Source: Chloroflexota bacterium (lineage in GTDB: Bacteria > Chloroflexota > Anaerolineae > UBA2200). Taken from it: DNA of 64,000 bases. Of the stretch, positions 46,445 through 56,163 are shown piece after piece. How positions within the stretch are numbered: position 1 is the stretch's first letter; each line of letters starts with the position of its first letter. The position numbers were made by a program, and so were the translations under genes. The notes beneath the pieces are model-generated. The model ran no database searches. It saw nothing but the letters and a program-made list of their open reading frames with translations, and had not been told where the DNA came from. Where the stretch lies: contig JAUWJD010000007.1 in the NCBI GenBank assembly GCA_030607875.1, forward strand, positions 36,756-100,755, read 5' to 3'.

Positions 46445-48558
46445 TCTTGCTCACTCTCCTTTTCTTTCAACACGAATCTCATGTCTACGGCGACTGCTCC
46501 CCTGCCCTCTTCGTGCACGGTCAGCGGATTAATGTCCATCTCCACAATTTCCGGAAAGTCCGTCACCAGTTGCGATACGCGCAAGATCGTATCTATGATG
46601 GCCTCCAAGTCTGCCGGTTTCTCGCCGCGGACGCCGCGCAGCAGGTGATACGATCGTATTTCGTTCATCATCTCCGAAGCTTCGCGACGCGAGAGCGGTG
46701 CAATGCGGAAGGTGACATCCTTGAGCACTTCTACGTAGATGCCGCCCAACCCGAACATCAGCAGGGGACCAAACTGCGGATCACGGTTGACGCCGATGAT
46801 AATCTCTTTGCCCCTGGAGACCATCTCCTGCACGAGCACTCCCCATATCCGGGCATCCGCCATGTAGCGCTGCGCACGATAAACGAGCAAGTCAAAAGAG
46901 TCTCGCACCTGATCGGCGTCGCGTATGTTCAGGCGCACGCCCCCGATATCCGATTTGTGCAAGATGTCGGGGGAGGCTATTTTCATCACTACAGGATAGC
47001 CGATGCTCTCGGCAGCAGCTACTGCTTCATCCGCAGTCTTGGCCAGTACGGAACGCGGAATGCGCAATCCGTACGCTTCCATGATCTCCCGAGATTCGGC
47101 ATCTCCTAGCGTAAGCCGGCCTTCGTCGCGCACGCGGTCAAATAACTGCCTCACGGTCTGCTGATCAACCTGGAATTGCACGTACTGCGGTGCGGACCTC
47201 TGCCTTGTATCCCAGAACTCGGCCATGGCCTTGAAAGCGCCCACGGCTCGCTCCGGGAACGAGTAGTTGGGGATGCTGTATTGGCTGAGGATCTTGATCC
47301 CAGGCCCCACCCTCTGTTGGCCCATGAAGCAGCCCAACACCGGTTTCTCAGTGTTCGCCGCGAGACGGCCGATAACCTCTGCCGTCTTCTCGATCTGGGT
47401 GTAAACTTGTGGTGTCAGGATGACGATCACGCCATCGACGTTCTTGTCATCCAATGCTGCCTTCAGAGCATGCGCATAGCGGTCTGTCAGTGCATCCCCG
47501 ATGACATCGATGGGATTGTACACATTGGCAGCGGCCGGCAGTCCCTGTCGGAGGCGCTCGATCGTCTCGGGTTGTAGCGCAGCTAGCTTCAACCCGCTGG
47601 ACTCCAGGGCATCAGTAGCCATGATGCCCGGACCGCCGGCATTGGTGACAATGGCGATGTTGATTCCTTTGAGAGGGGGTTGATAGGCAAAAGCCAGGGA
47701 GTAATCGAACAGGTGCTCGATCGAATCGGCACGGAGGACGCCGGTTTGCTTGAAAGCCGCCTCATAAGCACGCTCGGACCCAGCCAGCGTGCCGGTGTGT
47801 GAGGAGACCGCCCGCGAGCCAGCGGCTGTGTTGCCTGATTTTACGGCGATGACCGGCTTGTGTTGTGTAACTTGGCGTGCCACCCGGATGAACCGCTGCC
47901 CGTCTTTGAGCCCCTCCATGTAGACAATGATGACTCGAGCATTCTCATCCTCTTGCCAAGCCTGCAGCAGGTCAACTTCGTCTACATCGGCTTTGTTGCC
48001 CAGGCTCACAAAGTGGGAGAAGCCGATCCCTTCGGACAAGGCCCAGTCAAGGATGGCTGTGCACAACGCACCAGACTGTGACATGAAAGCAATGCCCCCT
48101 TTGGGAGGCATGCCCGCGGCGAAAGAGGCGTTCAGAGGGGTGTAAGGGCTGATGATTCCCAAGCAGTTCGGTCCCACAACGCGGATCTTGTACTTCTTGG
48201 CTGTGTCCAACACCTGGCGTTCCAGCTTGATGCCCTCCATGCCTGCCTCGCGGAAGCCAGCGCTGATGATGATTGCTGCTTTGACGCCTTTCTGCCCACA
48301 CTGTTCCATTACTTGCGGCACGAACCGGTTAGGGATGACTATCACGACCATGTCTACCGGACCGGGGACATCCAGGACAGTCGGATAACTCTTGAGGCCA
48401 AGGACTTCGTCCGCTTTGGGGTTGATAGGATAGACCTTGCCACTGTAGCCGTATTGGAGGATATTGCTCAGCACACCGTATCCCAACTTGCCCGGCGCAC
48501 GAGCAGCGCCAATAACCGCCACAGATTGGGGAGTGAAGAAGGCTTCCAGCATTGTCAC
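46441..48558 (-). CDS. Acetate--CoA ligase (ADP-forming), fused alpha/beta
   Basis: 705 aa: SVAVIGAARAPGKLGY (CoA-binding), a phospho-His region (SSHTGTLAGS), and a C-terminal ATP-grasp. Confidence 0.88.
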   Translation of the reverse strand: MTMLEAFFTPQSVAVIGAARAPGKLGYGVLSNILQYGYSGKVYPINPKADEVLGLKSYPTVLDVPGPVDMVVIVIPNRFVPQVMEQCGQKGVKAAIIISAGFREAGMEGIKLERQVLDTAKKYKIRVVGPNCLGIISPYTPLNASFAAGMPPKGGIAFMSQSGALCTAILDWALSEGIGFSHFVSLGNKADVDEVDLLQAWQEDENARVIIVYMEGLKDGQRFIRVARQVTQHKPVIAVKSGNTAAGSRAVSSHTGTLAGSERAYEAAFKQTGVLRADSIEHLFDYSLAFAYQPPLKGINIAIVTNAGGPGIMATDALESSGLKLAALQPETIERLRQGLPAAANVYNPIDVIGDALTDRYAHALKAALDDKNVDGVIVILTPQVYTQIEKTAEVIGRLAANTEKPVLGCFMGQQRVGPGIKILSQYSIPNYSFPERAVGAFKAMAEFWDTRQRSAPQYVQFQVDQQTVRQLFDRVRDEGRLTLGDAESREIMEAYGLRIPRSVLAKTADEAVAAAESIGYPVVMKIASPDILHKSDIGGVRLNIRDADQVRDSFDLLVYRAQRYMADARIWGVLVQEMVSRGKEIIIGVNRDPQFGPLLMFGLGGIYVEVLKDVTFRIAPLSRREASEMMNEIRSYHLLRGVRGEKPADLEAIIDTILRVSQLVTDFPEIVEMDINPLTVHEEGRGAVAVDMRFVLKEKESEQE

Positions 48559-48567
48559 GCTCCCTAT

Positions 48568-48660
48568 CTACTGCTTTGTGCATCCAATGCGAAACTCCTC
48601 TGGCTCGATTATCACACAAGAACGACTGCCTGAGTTTAGCCATTGATGCAGTACCCTGTA
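48568..48660 (+). repeat. Intergenic repeat family, copy D (short form)
   Basis: CTACTGCTTTGTGCAT...CTGGCTCGATTATCACACAAGAACGACTGCCTGAGTTTAGCC..TTGATGCAGTACCCTGTA. Confidence 0.85.
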
Positions 48661-48860
48661 GCACAGATGTGGATAACAGGTACGCCAGCCATGATACAAT
48701 ATCTTGAGTGAATGTACAAAAAGTATGTGCTCCAGCACAGCTTCTTGGGATGCCACGAGAGCCCACCTCCTGCTATCAACTTGCGCAGAATAGCATTTGC
48801 ATTATACTCTTCCCAACAAGCTGGACGTGGTGCGTTTCAAGCCAGTGGAGGAGCGAGACT

Positions 48861-49997
48861 TTGACTGAGGTCTACATCGCCAAATGCCCCAATTATGAAA
48901 CTCAAAGGGTTGAGGCAGCGCTGCAGGAGAGCCTACGGGCATTCCCGTTTTCAGATGCTCTGATTCAGCCTGGGCAGAAGGTGATCCTCAAACCCAATCT
49001 CCTGCAGGCGCAGCCGCCGGAGCAAGCCATTACTACACATCCTGCCCTGGTTGCTGCAGTAGCCAAGTGGGTGAGAAAGGCCGGAGCTGAACCAATCATT
49101 GCCGATAGTCCCGGCGGCCTGCTAAATGTGCGCACGCTGCGTCGCCTGTACGAAACGACCGGGATGACGTGGGCGGCGGAAGAGGGAGGCGCGGTGTTGA
49201 ATTACGATGTCAGCACAGTAAAGATCTCCTGCCCTGAAGGCCACGTCACCAGGAGGCTGGACGCGATGAGGGCGATGGTCGAGGCAGACGCCATCATCTC
49301 TTTGCCCAAGCTAAAGACGCACGGCCTAATGCAGTTCACTGGTGCAACCAAGAACCTGTTTGGCACAGTGCCCGGGGTGATCAAGCCGACCTATCACGCC
49401 AAATTTCCCTCGGTGGACAGGTTCTCGGCGATGCTACTGGACATCCTCAGCTATTACCGCCCCGTCCTGACTATCATGGATGCAGTGGTCGGTATGGAAG
49501 GCGATGGTCCATCTGGAGGCGACCCACGCCACATTGGCCTGTTGCTGACCAGTACCGACGGCGTTGCACTGGATGTTGTTGCCACAACCCTCATCGGCAC
49601 GGCGCCGATGAGCGTGCCACCCATTGCTGCTGCGGTGCGCAGGGGGTGGACCACCGCACGGGTCAAAGACATCGAAGTAATGGGGAACAGAGTGGACGCA
49701 GTGAGGGTAGTGGGTTTTAAACGGCCTCGTACGGGTGGCCAACAGGTGCGAATGATACCCGGCTCTGTCCCCAGTTGGATCACAAACCAGCTGCTGGCCC
49801 GTCCACAAGCTGGCCCCAAATGTACGGTCTGCGGCATCTGCGTCGAGAACTGCCCGGTGCAGGCCATCACCATCGTGCAGGGACGGGCGCGCACCGACCT
49901 CGATCGTTGCATTCGTTGCTACTGCTGCCACGAGCTATGCCCTGAGGACGCAGTTGAGTTGCATCATTCCTTGTTAGGACGCCTGCTCAATCGCTAG
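48861..49997 (+). CDS. DUF362 domain protein with C-terminal 2x[4Fe-4S] ferredoxin motif
   Basis: A TTG start with GGAGGAG 7 nt upstream: LTEVYIAKCPNY...KPNLL...LPKLKTHG... and CTVCGICVENCP / CIRCYCCHELCP. Confidence 0.75.
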   Translation: MTEVYIAKCPNYETQRVEAALQESLRAFPFSDALIQPGQKVILKPNLLQAQPPEQAITTHPALVAAVAKWVRKAGAEPIIADSPGGLLNVRTLRRLYETTGMTWAAEEGGAVLNYDVSTVKISCPEGHVTRRLDAMRAMVEADAIISLPKLKTHGLMQFTGATKNLFGTVPGVIKPTYHAKFPSVDRFSAMLLDILSYYRPVLTIMDAVVGMEGDGPSGGDPRHIGLLLTSTDGVALDVVATTLIGTAPMSVPPIAAAVRRGWTTARVKDIEVMGNRVDAVRVVGFKRPRTGGQQVRMIPGSVPSWITNQLLARPQAGPKCTVCGICVENCPVQAITIVQGRARTDLDRCIRCYCCHELCPEDAVELHHSLLGRLLNR

Positions 49998-50060
49998 GAC
50001 TGGCAGCCGCCGGGGAACTGCACCAAGGCACAAGGGGCGAGTTGCCTGCTTGAATGTTCT

Positions 50061-50372
50061 TCAGTGCTTAAAGCCGATAGGGCGCTCTGGGTCGAACCCT
50101 CGCTCTGGCGTCTTGATCTCCCCAAATTGCTTCTCGAATTTGGATAGGTTCTCCCCCAGCGCTCGATGCAGCAGCCTGGCGTTCATCGGGGTCATGATAA
50201 TGCGGGCGTAGACCTTCGCTTTCGGCACATTGGGCAATATGCGGGCAAAATCGACCACGATCTCCGATGGGGAGTGGGTGATCATGGCAAAATTGGCGTA
50301 GATGGCCTCCAGCGCACCCGGTAGTTCCACGTTGATCTGCATCGGCCGTGCCTGTGCTTTTTCCCTGCTCAC
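50061..50372 (-). CDS. DUF3467-like protein
   Basis: 103 aa: YANFAMITHSPSEIVVDFARILPNVPKAKVYARIIMTPMNARLLHRAL matches my memory of the DUF3467 consensus. Confidence 0.65.
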   Translation of the reverse strand: MSREKAQARPMQINVELPGALEAIYANFAMITHSPSEIVVDFARILPNVPKAKVYARIIMTPMNARLLHRALGENLSKFEKQFGEIKTPERGFDPERPIGFKH

Positions 50373-50396
50373 TTTGTTCTCCTATTTTTGATCTTC

Positions 50397-51728
50397 TTAT
50401 GGCTGTGGGCGGAATTCCACCCACACCAGCTTGCTCCAATCAGCTTTGACTGGCAAAGAAACGTGGGGCAAATCAATGAGCGTGACGGTATACGTCAAGG
50501 GGTTGCCCAGTCCATCAAAAGCAAAGATGCCCGCTGCATTGGTCAAAGCAGGTGGCGCCGACCAATCCCATGCCGACAATCCAACCTGCACACCTGGCAT
50601 GGGGTTGCCTTCTGCATCCAGGATATGCCCACGGATCATCATCGCTTCCTCCTGGCCCACGTCCTCCAGCCCCACTAACCGGCCAACGAACGTCCCACTG
50701 GGAGGTGGTGTACCTGTCGGTCCGGGTGCAAAGGCGCAATGCTGCGCCGCTTCCTCCCGCCTGGCTTTGAGCACTTCGCTGAAGGTCATAGCCAGGGCAC
50801 TATCATAGTGATCGCGGGCTGCGCACCAATCTCCGTCCTCGTAGAGCGTATCGGCATAGGCCACGTATGCATCGTACAACCTCTGCCGGGTATCCTTGTA
50901 GTCGGGCTTGAGTTGATAGAGAACGCTAAAGCTCTCAATAGCTCCTTGCCAGTCAGCCCCCCAATATCCCAAGCCTGCCAGGTATAGAGAGGCCCAGCGC
51001 TTCTGTTCACGAGCTACCTGCTCAGCCGGACGGAGTTCCAGCGCGCGGTCAAGGTAGCGTATTGCCTCTTCCATGCGGTCTTCCTCTACCAGCCCCAGGC
51101 CTGCTTTGTAGTACGCTTCGACCAGCAGGTTGGTGATCTGTTCGCGCTCATACTCGGGTTCAAGAGATCGCACCTGTTCCAGTTTAGAGATCACACCTTC
51201 CCAGTCGCCCTGGTTGTAAAGCTCGCGGGCCTCATTGTAGAGCAGGACTGCCGTCTGATGGCTCAGGGCCGAGGTCGCCGTGGGCTGGCTGCTGATCAAC
51301 GCATTCACTTCTGCCAGCTTGGTGACAGCCTCCCGGTTCTTGGGATCGAGCTGTACCGTGAGTTCGAATTCTGCGCGGGCAAGTTCATAGTTCTGCAGAG
51401 TTAATTGCTCCAGCCCTTTTTGATAATGCTCCATAGCCGCCGCGCGGTTCAAATGCGTCCGCTCCTGTACTCCTTGGTAGATACCCAACAGTGCCAGAGC
51501 CACGATCACCAGGATAGCAAGACCAGCCGCCATGCCAGCAATCATGGCCCAGCCGCAACCACCTGTCCGTGGGCTGGGGCGCGCCGTTTCGGATTCTGCG
51601 GGTGTGTAAATTGGCTCTACTGGCGGCTCGACGTCTGCCGCCTCGACGTCTGTCGCCAATTGATGTCCACAGCTCGGGCAGACACGAGCATCGTCAGGCA
51701 CTTTGGCACCGCACTCGTTACAATACAT
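50397..51728 (-). CDS. Zinc-ribbon / TM / TPR-repeat protein with a C-terminal carboxypeptidase-regulatory-like beta domain
   Basis: MYCNECGAKVPDDARVCPSCGHQL, TM (AMIAGMAAGLAILVIVALALLGI), several TPR-like repeats, and the C-terminal IRGHILDAEGNPMPGVQVGL. Confidence 0.7.
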   Translation of the reverse strand: MYCNECGAKVPDDARVCPSCGHQLATDVEAADVEPPVEPIYTPAESETARPSPRTGGCGWAMIAGMAAGLAILVIVALALLGIYQGVQERTHLNRAAAMEHYQKGLEQLTLQNYELARAEFELTVQLDPKNREAVTKLAEVNALISSQPTATSALSHQTAVLLYNEARELYNQGDWEGVISKLEQVRSLEPEYEREQITNLLVEAYYKAGLGLVEEDRMEEAIRYLDRALELRPAEQVAREQKRWASLYLAGLGYWGADWQGAIESFSVLYQLKPDYKDTRQRLYDAYVAYADTLYEDGDWCAARDHYDSALAMTFSEVLKARREEAAQHCAFAPGPTGTPPPSGTFVGRLVGLEDVGQEEAMMIRGHILDAEGNPMPGVQVGLSAWDWSAPPALTNAAGIFAFDGLGNPLTYTVTLIDLPHVSLPVKADWSKLVWVEFRPQP

Positions 51729-51769
51729 TTGTTGTCCTCCGTGTCATGAACGTGGGCTAGAAACCAAAT

Positions 51770-52044
51770 CTACTGCTTCGTACACCGAAGGTCGCCAACC
51801 TCCTTTGGCTCGATTATCGCGTGAAAACGACTGCTTGGGTTTAGCAATCCCGTCGAGCCGTCCCGTCGGGGCGGGACGAACGGTCGCCTTCCTCTGGGTA
51901 TCGTCTCCCCAGAGACGATGCGACGAGACCTGTGGCCGTCGCCTTCGGCCGTCGCCCGTCGTCCGCAGGTGCCCACGGGGCATGCAGAGTGCATGCACAG
52001 CCAGGGCATGCAGAGCACGAACACGGTTGACGCAGTACCCTGTA
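51770..52044 (+). repeat. Intergenic repeat family, copy E (long form with GC-rich cassette)
   Basis: CTACTGCTTCGTACAC...TTGGCTCGATTATCGCGTGAAAACGACTGCTTGGGTTTAGCA + about 180-nt GC-rich cassette + TTGACGCAGTACCCTGTA. Confidence 0.85.
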
Positions 52045-52067
52045 CGAGCGCAATCTGGTTCCTGTGC

Positions 52068-54089
52068 TCACGGGGCGATATCTTTCGTGTATGCCAGCAA
52101 AGCTACTCCGTTGTGATCGTTCACCCGCACAGTCAATTCACCAGCCAGGGCTGCTCTACTGGGAAGAGGCACCTGAGCCAACAGTGGCGTATCAGGTGAC
52201 AGATCAGCAACTTGCTGGTAGAAGCTTTGTCCGTCCCACTCGAGTTCAAAGTGTACCCGTCGTGTCTGGCTCACAGTAATTCCCAAGTGCACTTGACTAT
52301 CCCGCACGTCAGCTTTGACCACTACCTCCGCGTTGGCCCTGTCCAGGCCGCCGATTCTTCTGAACGGTAACCAGATCTCACTCCAATGCAGCGACTGGCC
52401 AGGGCCCAGTATCACGTCGTCCTCCGGCCAGAAAGTCCTGCAAGGGCCTGCCCACATCTCAAAGTAGTCTGAGCCGTCATCAGAGTACTCGGCGCGTGCC
52501 GGAAAGTCTGCACCGAAAGAAAACAGCTTCAATCCGGGCACAACCTCCGGTGCAAAGACTCGCACGATGCCCAGTCCGGTATCGTGGTTGTAAGCACCCA
52601 CATAGTTCTGCTGGGCATCTGGGACAAAGACGCCCAACCAGTTGCGCCAGTTCCGGTAATGGGACAGATCGCGGCCGTTGTAGACGGGCCACGTCATCGT
52701 CTGCCGCTCACCTGGCAAGGCAGGATCACCGGTGCTGTGCACGATCATGCGCTCAGTAGGATAGACGAATTCTGTGTTCCCTGAGGTACTGGCTGAGCCC
52801 AGAGTGAGCGCCGCGTTGAGCCAGAACTGGAAGGCCACTGCTTGAGAAGTGGGATTCACCAGCCGGGGCTCCACCACAAAGTAAGCACGGTCTTCTGGCA
52901 GCGTCACCCGGATCTCGGTCCACAAACAGTCGTTCCGGTAACGTTCGTCAGCCGTCTTATCGCGCAAGACGATGGAGACCCCATCCGCCTGTTCCTCGAC
53001 GTCATAGGTCCAAAATAGCCCCCACTCATAGCCGTGCTCGTGCACCGGCAGAGCCCACTCTATCCCTCCGGCGGCCAACCACCAGTTCTCGTCACGGCGC
53101 AGCGGCCCCCAGTAGGATGGTTTCAGGACAGCATTGTGGTAGAAAATGTTCTGTCCGCTTGATTTGAGGGCGCAGCCATACAATCTGCCTCCCAGTTCAG
53201 GGAGGAACGTCAGGCTCAAGTAGCGATTCTCCAGTACGATAGCTTTGAAGGTCCGTAGCTGTGGCTGCGGGTTGCTGGCCTCGTACGCCGCTCGATCGAG
53301 CCATACAACTCTGAAGTTGTATCTGGGATCTACCCTCTCCCTCAGATATGGTTCGTACGGGTACGTGAGCAGCGTGACCGCTGTCACGTGGGCACTCATG
53401 TCAGGTCTTGCGGTCACCGTTGGCTCCGGCGTAGGGGATGGCTGTGGTGTAGCTCGGGCCATGATGTCCACAGTGCGGGACGCTTCGCTGACATTGCCAG
53501 CATGGTCGCTTGCTGCAACGACGATCATATGCGTGCCGGCCTCAGCGCTGTGGGTGTCCCAGGTGTACGCCAGGACCGAGTCTTTCACTTTGCTGACCCA
53601 CTCTCCGTCGATCCGGAGGCGCATGAACGCGACCGTCTCGTTGTCTGTGGCCAGTGCGCCGATCTGTATCGGCTGGCCGACGTGTACACCTCCGGTCGGC
53701 AATTCGCTCAGAGTGACAACCGGTGGTGCGGCATCCCTCAGCGCTTCGGCTACGAGCACTTGATCCCCCGGCCGCAGCTCTACGTCTCGCTGCCAGGGGT
53801 CATAGCCCTCACGCTGCACATGCACCTTGTATGATCCTTCCGGTAGGCGAAGCGTAAGTGGAGTGTGCCCCTTTTCCTCTCCGTTGACATAGACTGTGGC
53901 ACCTGTTGGCCCCACATCCAGGTGCAGGCTTGCCAGAGCAGGAGTTGGCGTAGCAGTGGGTGTAGCAGTGGGTGTAGGGATGGGGGCAGGCTTACACGAC
54001 GTGAAAACGCCGACCGCGCACAGGACGGCGATCCATTGAACTACTCTGCAACACCGCTCTTCGCTTCTCGTAGCCGTGCTTACAGTCAC
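52068..54089 (-). CDS. Secreted/lipoprotein multi-domain protein: PEGA-like + Ig-like + DUF5107-like C-terminal domain
   Basis: The start is set at the GTG at 54089 (AGGAG 5 nt upstream, promoter just upstream). Signal/lipobox VLCAVGVFTSC, PEGA-like GATVYVNGEEKGHTPLTLRLPEGSYKVHVQREGY, and the C-terminal ENRYLSLTFLPELGGRLY... Confidence 0.7.
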   Translation of the reverse strand: MTVSTATRSEERCCRVVQWIAVLCAVGVFTSCKPAPIPTPTATPTATPTPALASLHLDVGPTGATVYVNGEEKGHTPLTLRLPEGSYKVHVQREGYDPWQRDVELRPGDQVLVAEALRDAAPPVVTLSELPTGGVHVGQPIQIGALATDNETVAFMRLRIDGEWVSKVKDSVLAYTWDTHSAEAGTHMIVVAASDHAGNVSEASRTVDIMARATPQPSPTPEPTVTARPDMSAHVTAVTLLTYPYEPYLRERVDPRYNFRVVWLDRAAYEASNPQPQLRTFKAIVLENRYLSLTFLPELGGRLYGCALKSSGQNIFYHNAVLKPSYWGPLRRDENWWLAAGGIEWALPVHEHGYEWGLFWTYDVEEQADGVSIVLRDKTADERYRNDCLWTEIRVTLPEDRAYFVVEPRLVNPTSQAVAFQFWLNAALTLGSASTSGNTEFVYPTERMIVHSTGDPALPGERQTMTWPVYNGRDLSHYRNWRNWLGVFVPDAQQNYVGAYNHDTGLGIVRVFAPEVVPGLKLFSFGADFPARAEYSDDGSDYFEMWAGPCRTFWPEDDVILGPGQSLHWSEIWLPFRRIGGLDRANAEVVVKADVRDSQVHLGITVSQTRRVHFELEWDGQSFYQQVADLSPDTPLLAQVPLPSRAALAGELTVRVNDHNGVALLAYTKDIAP

Positions 54090-54107
54090 CTTCGCTCCTG
54101 CGGCGTG

Positions 54108-54136
54108 ATTATACGTGCACTTGACATGAGTGACAA
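54108..54136 (-). promoter_or_regulatory. Promoter of the 52068..54089 gene
   Basis: The reverse strand reads TTGTCA, 17 nt, TATAAT. Confidence 0.55.
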
Positions 54137-54360
54137 GCAAATGCGCCTGAGCTACAATCTGCCTGAACCGAGCCCCTGGCAGGTGAAACCACGACCTGAT
54201 CCCGCCTGGGAGTCCCGCTAGTATCCAGGCGTAGGATTGTGTGCCCAACACTTTCCAGGAGGTGAAGCTCATGAGTATTGTAACTTCCGCCAAGCCGGAT
54301 GGCAAACACGCTGTGCACAAGAACCTGGTCAGCCAAGGACACCTGTATTGGGAAAACGGC

Positions 54361-54389
54361 TGGACTGGAGCAACAATGTGAGCTATACT
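54361..54389 (+). promoter_or_regulatory. Putative promoter of the radical SAM gene
   Basis: TGGACT, 17 nt, TATACT, 24 nt upstream of the ATG at 54413 (GGAGG at 54402). Confidence 0.4.
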
Positions 54390-54412
54390 ATAGCCGACTG
54401 CGGAGGTATCGC

Positions 54413-55402
54413 ATGGATACTGCTTCCAACGGCACAGTTCAGTGCTCTCTTTGCCGTCGTGGCTGCCGGATCAAGCCTGGAGAAGTGGGCTTTTGTCGAA
54501 CCGGGCGCAATACACAGGGTCAGCTTCAAAGCCTGGCCTATGGGCGCTTGGCCGTGCTAGAAAGTCGGCCAATCGAGATCAAGCCCTTCTTCCACTTTCA
54601 CCCCGGCTCCACTGCGCTCACCTACTGCTGCCACTCGTGCAACTTGCGCTGCCGCTGGTGTCAAAACTGGCATCTCAGCCGGGCAGACCCTTTGCAGACT
54701 ATGGCCCAGTATGTCTCGCCGGAGGATTTGGTGGCCATGGCTCTGCGCCTTGGAGATCAGGGGCTCTGCTGCAGCTTCACGGAGCCAACCCTGCTGCACG
54801 AGTACAACCTGGCCGCCTTTTCGCTGGCCAAGGCGGCTGGGTTGTACACTTGCTACGTGTCCAATGGCTACATGACCCTCGATACGCTGCGCGAGTTGCA
54901 GGCCGCAGGCCTGGATGCGATCAAGATTGATGTGAAGGGCGATGCAGACGTATATCGCGAGTACTGCGCTGCCCCGCATGGAGAAGCAGTCTGGGAGACG
55001 GCCGCTGCAGCCAAGGACATGGGGCTCCATGTAGAGATCGTGAACTTGGTGATCCCCGGCGTTAACGACTCTGAAGAAGCGCTGTGTGACCTGATTCACC
55101 ACCACCTGGAGGCTGTCGGCTCCGAGACGCCGTTGCACTTTACACGGTACCATCCGGCGTACCACATGCGCGCCCCATCCACGCCGATAAGCACACTGGA
55201 GCACGTTTATGACCTGGCTCGCCAGGCAGGCGTGGCTTATCCGTATCTCGGCAATGTTCGTGGGCACCCTGCTGAGAGCACCTACTGCCCTTCTTGTGGC
55301 CAACTGCTGGTCGAACGTTTCTCGTACACCGTGCGGCGAAATCTCCTGACACCTCTGAACGAATGTCCTGCGTGTGGGAGAAGGATAGCTTGTATTGCAT
55401 AG
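54413..55402 (+). CDS. Radical SAM enzyme, AmmeMemoRadiSam-system type (PflA-like activase fold)
   Basis: MDTASNGTVQCSLCRRGCRIKPGEVGFCRTGRN (N-terminal Cys cluster), CNLRCRWCQNW (CxxxCxxC), and the C-terminal CPSCG...CPACG. Confidence 0.8.
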   Translation: MDTASNGTVQCSLCRRGCRIKPGEVGFCRTGRNTQGQLQSLAYGRLAVLESRPIEIKPFFHFHPGSTALTYCCHSCNLRCRWCQNWHLSRADPLQTMAQYVSPEDLVAMALRLGDQGLCCSFTEPTLLHEYNLAAFSLAKAAGLYTCYVSNGYMTLDTLRELQAAGLDAIKIDVKGDADVYREYCAAPHGEAVWETAAAAKDMGLHVEIVNLVIPGVNDSEEALCDLIHHHLEAVGSETPLHFTRYHPAYHMRAPSTPISTLEHVYDLARQAGVAYPYLGNVRGHPAESTYCPSCGQLLVERFSYTVRRNLLTPLNECPACGRRIACIA

Positions 55403-55662
55403 TCCCTGTTTGTGGCTGGACTGTATACTGTACATGTCTTGGCCTCTCGGTGGCCGAGCAGTGTATCCTTCGTTCAAGAAAGTCGATATCACACCCACAG
55501 GAGTGCACGGCAGCCCGTTCTTGGCCCTGAACATGTTCTGTAACAGCCAGAAGCTGGCTGTCCGCCACAGGTTTTCAGTGTTGTCCTGGCGATTTGGACT
55601 GCTGCGAGCGCCCAGCCCCGAATTTCCTGAGGGAAAGATACGCTATCGAATCCACAGCTTCT

Positions 55663-55691
55663 TTGACAAACTCTGTGCCTTGTGCTATTAT
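55663..55691 (+). promoter_or_regulatory. Orphan consensus promoter (extended -10)
   Basis: TTGACA, 17 nt ending in TGC, TATTAT. No ORF with a start codon and RBS follows. Confidence 0.55.
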
Positions 55692-55697
55692 ATAGTA

Positions 55698-55918
55698 GAT
55701 TTCTGACCAACTTGATCCGTATCGTTGCACTTGTCCAACCGGCATTCAAAGTAGAGTGTCTGCATTTCTCTTCAACCGAATAGCAATCATCCCTACGTAC
55801 CATAAGAGAAGCATCAACTGAATTACACAGCAAACCACGTCATCCCTGACGCAGTCTGCGTATTAGCGCTGAGATCGTGGTAGAGTGTGCTTACCTTGCG
55901 GTGCACACTCTTTTTTTC
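55698..55918 (+). ncRNA. Candidate small non-coding RNA (about 220 nt) bounded by a promoter and an intrinsic terminator
   Basis: The interval between the promoter at 55663-55691 and the terminator at 55882-55918 contains no ATG. It holds only RBS-less 20-23-codon GTG/TTG frames, and it is more AT-rich than the flanks. Confidence 0.35.
55882..55918 (+). terminator. Intrinsic terminator
   Basis: AGAGTGTGC TTACCTTGCGGT GCACACTCT followed by TTTTTTC. Confidence 0.75.
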
Positions 55919-56009
55919 TCACTCTTGCCCAATCAGGACAGAGAGGAGGTGAATGCAAGGGTGTGGCCGTAGGCTGTTTGAGCTTCTCAGCTACCGGGAG
56001 GAGAACACA

Positions 56010-56148
56010 CACAGAGTACTGCGTCAACAGTTCGTGCTCTGCGGGCGACCGCCGACGGGCGACAGCCGAAGGGTCCCGCGCCGACGGGATGGCTCGACGG
56101 GACGGCAAGCCGACCCAAGGGGTTTAGCGACTGATACATGAAGCAGTG
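56010..56148 (-). repeat. Intergenic repeat family, copy F (cassette-containing, core-deleted)
   Basis: CACAGAGTACTGCGTCAACAGTTCGTGCTCTGC GGGCGACCGCCGACGGGCGACAGCCGAAGGGTCCCGCGCCGACGGG...TTTAGCGACTGATACATGAAGCAGTG. Confidence 0.8.
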
Positions 56149-56163
56149 AAAGGAGGAATCCCC

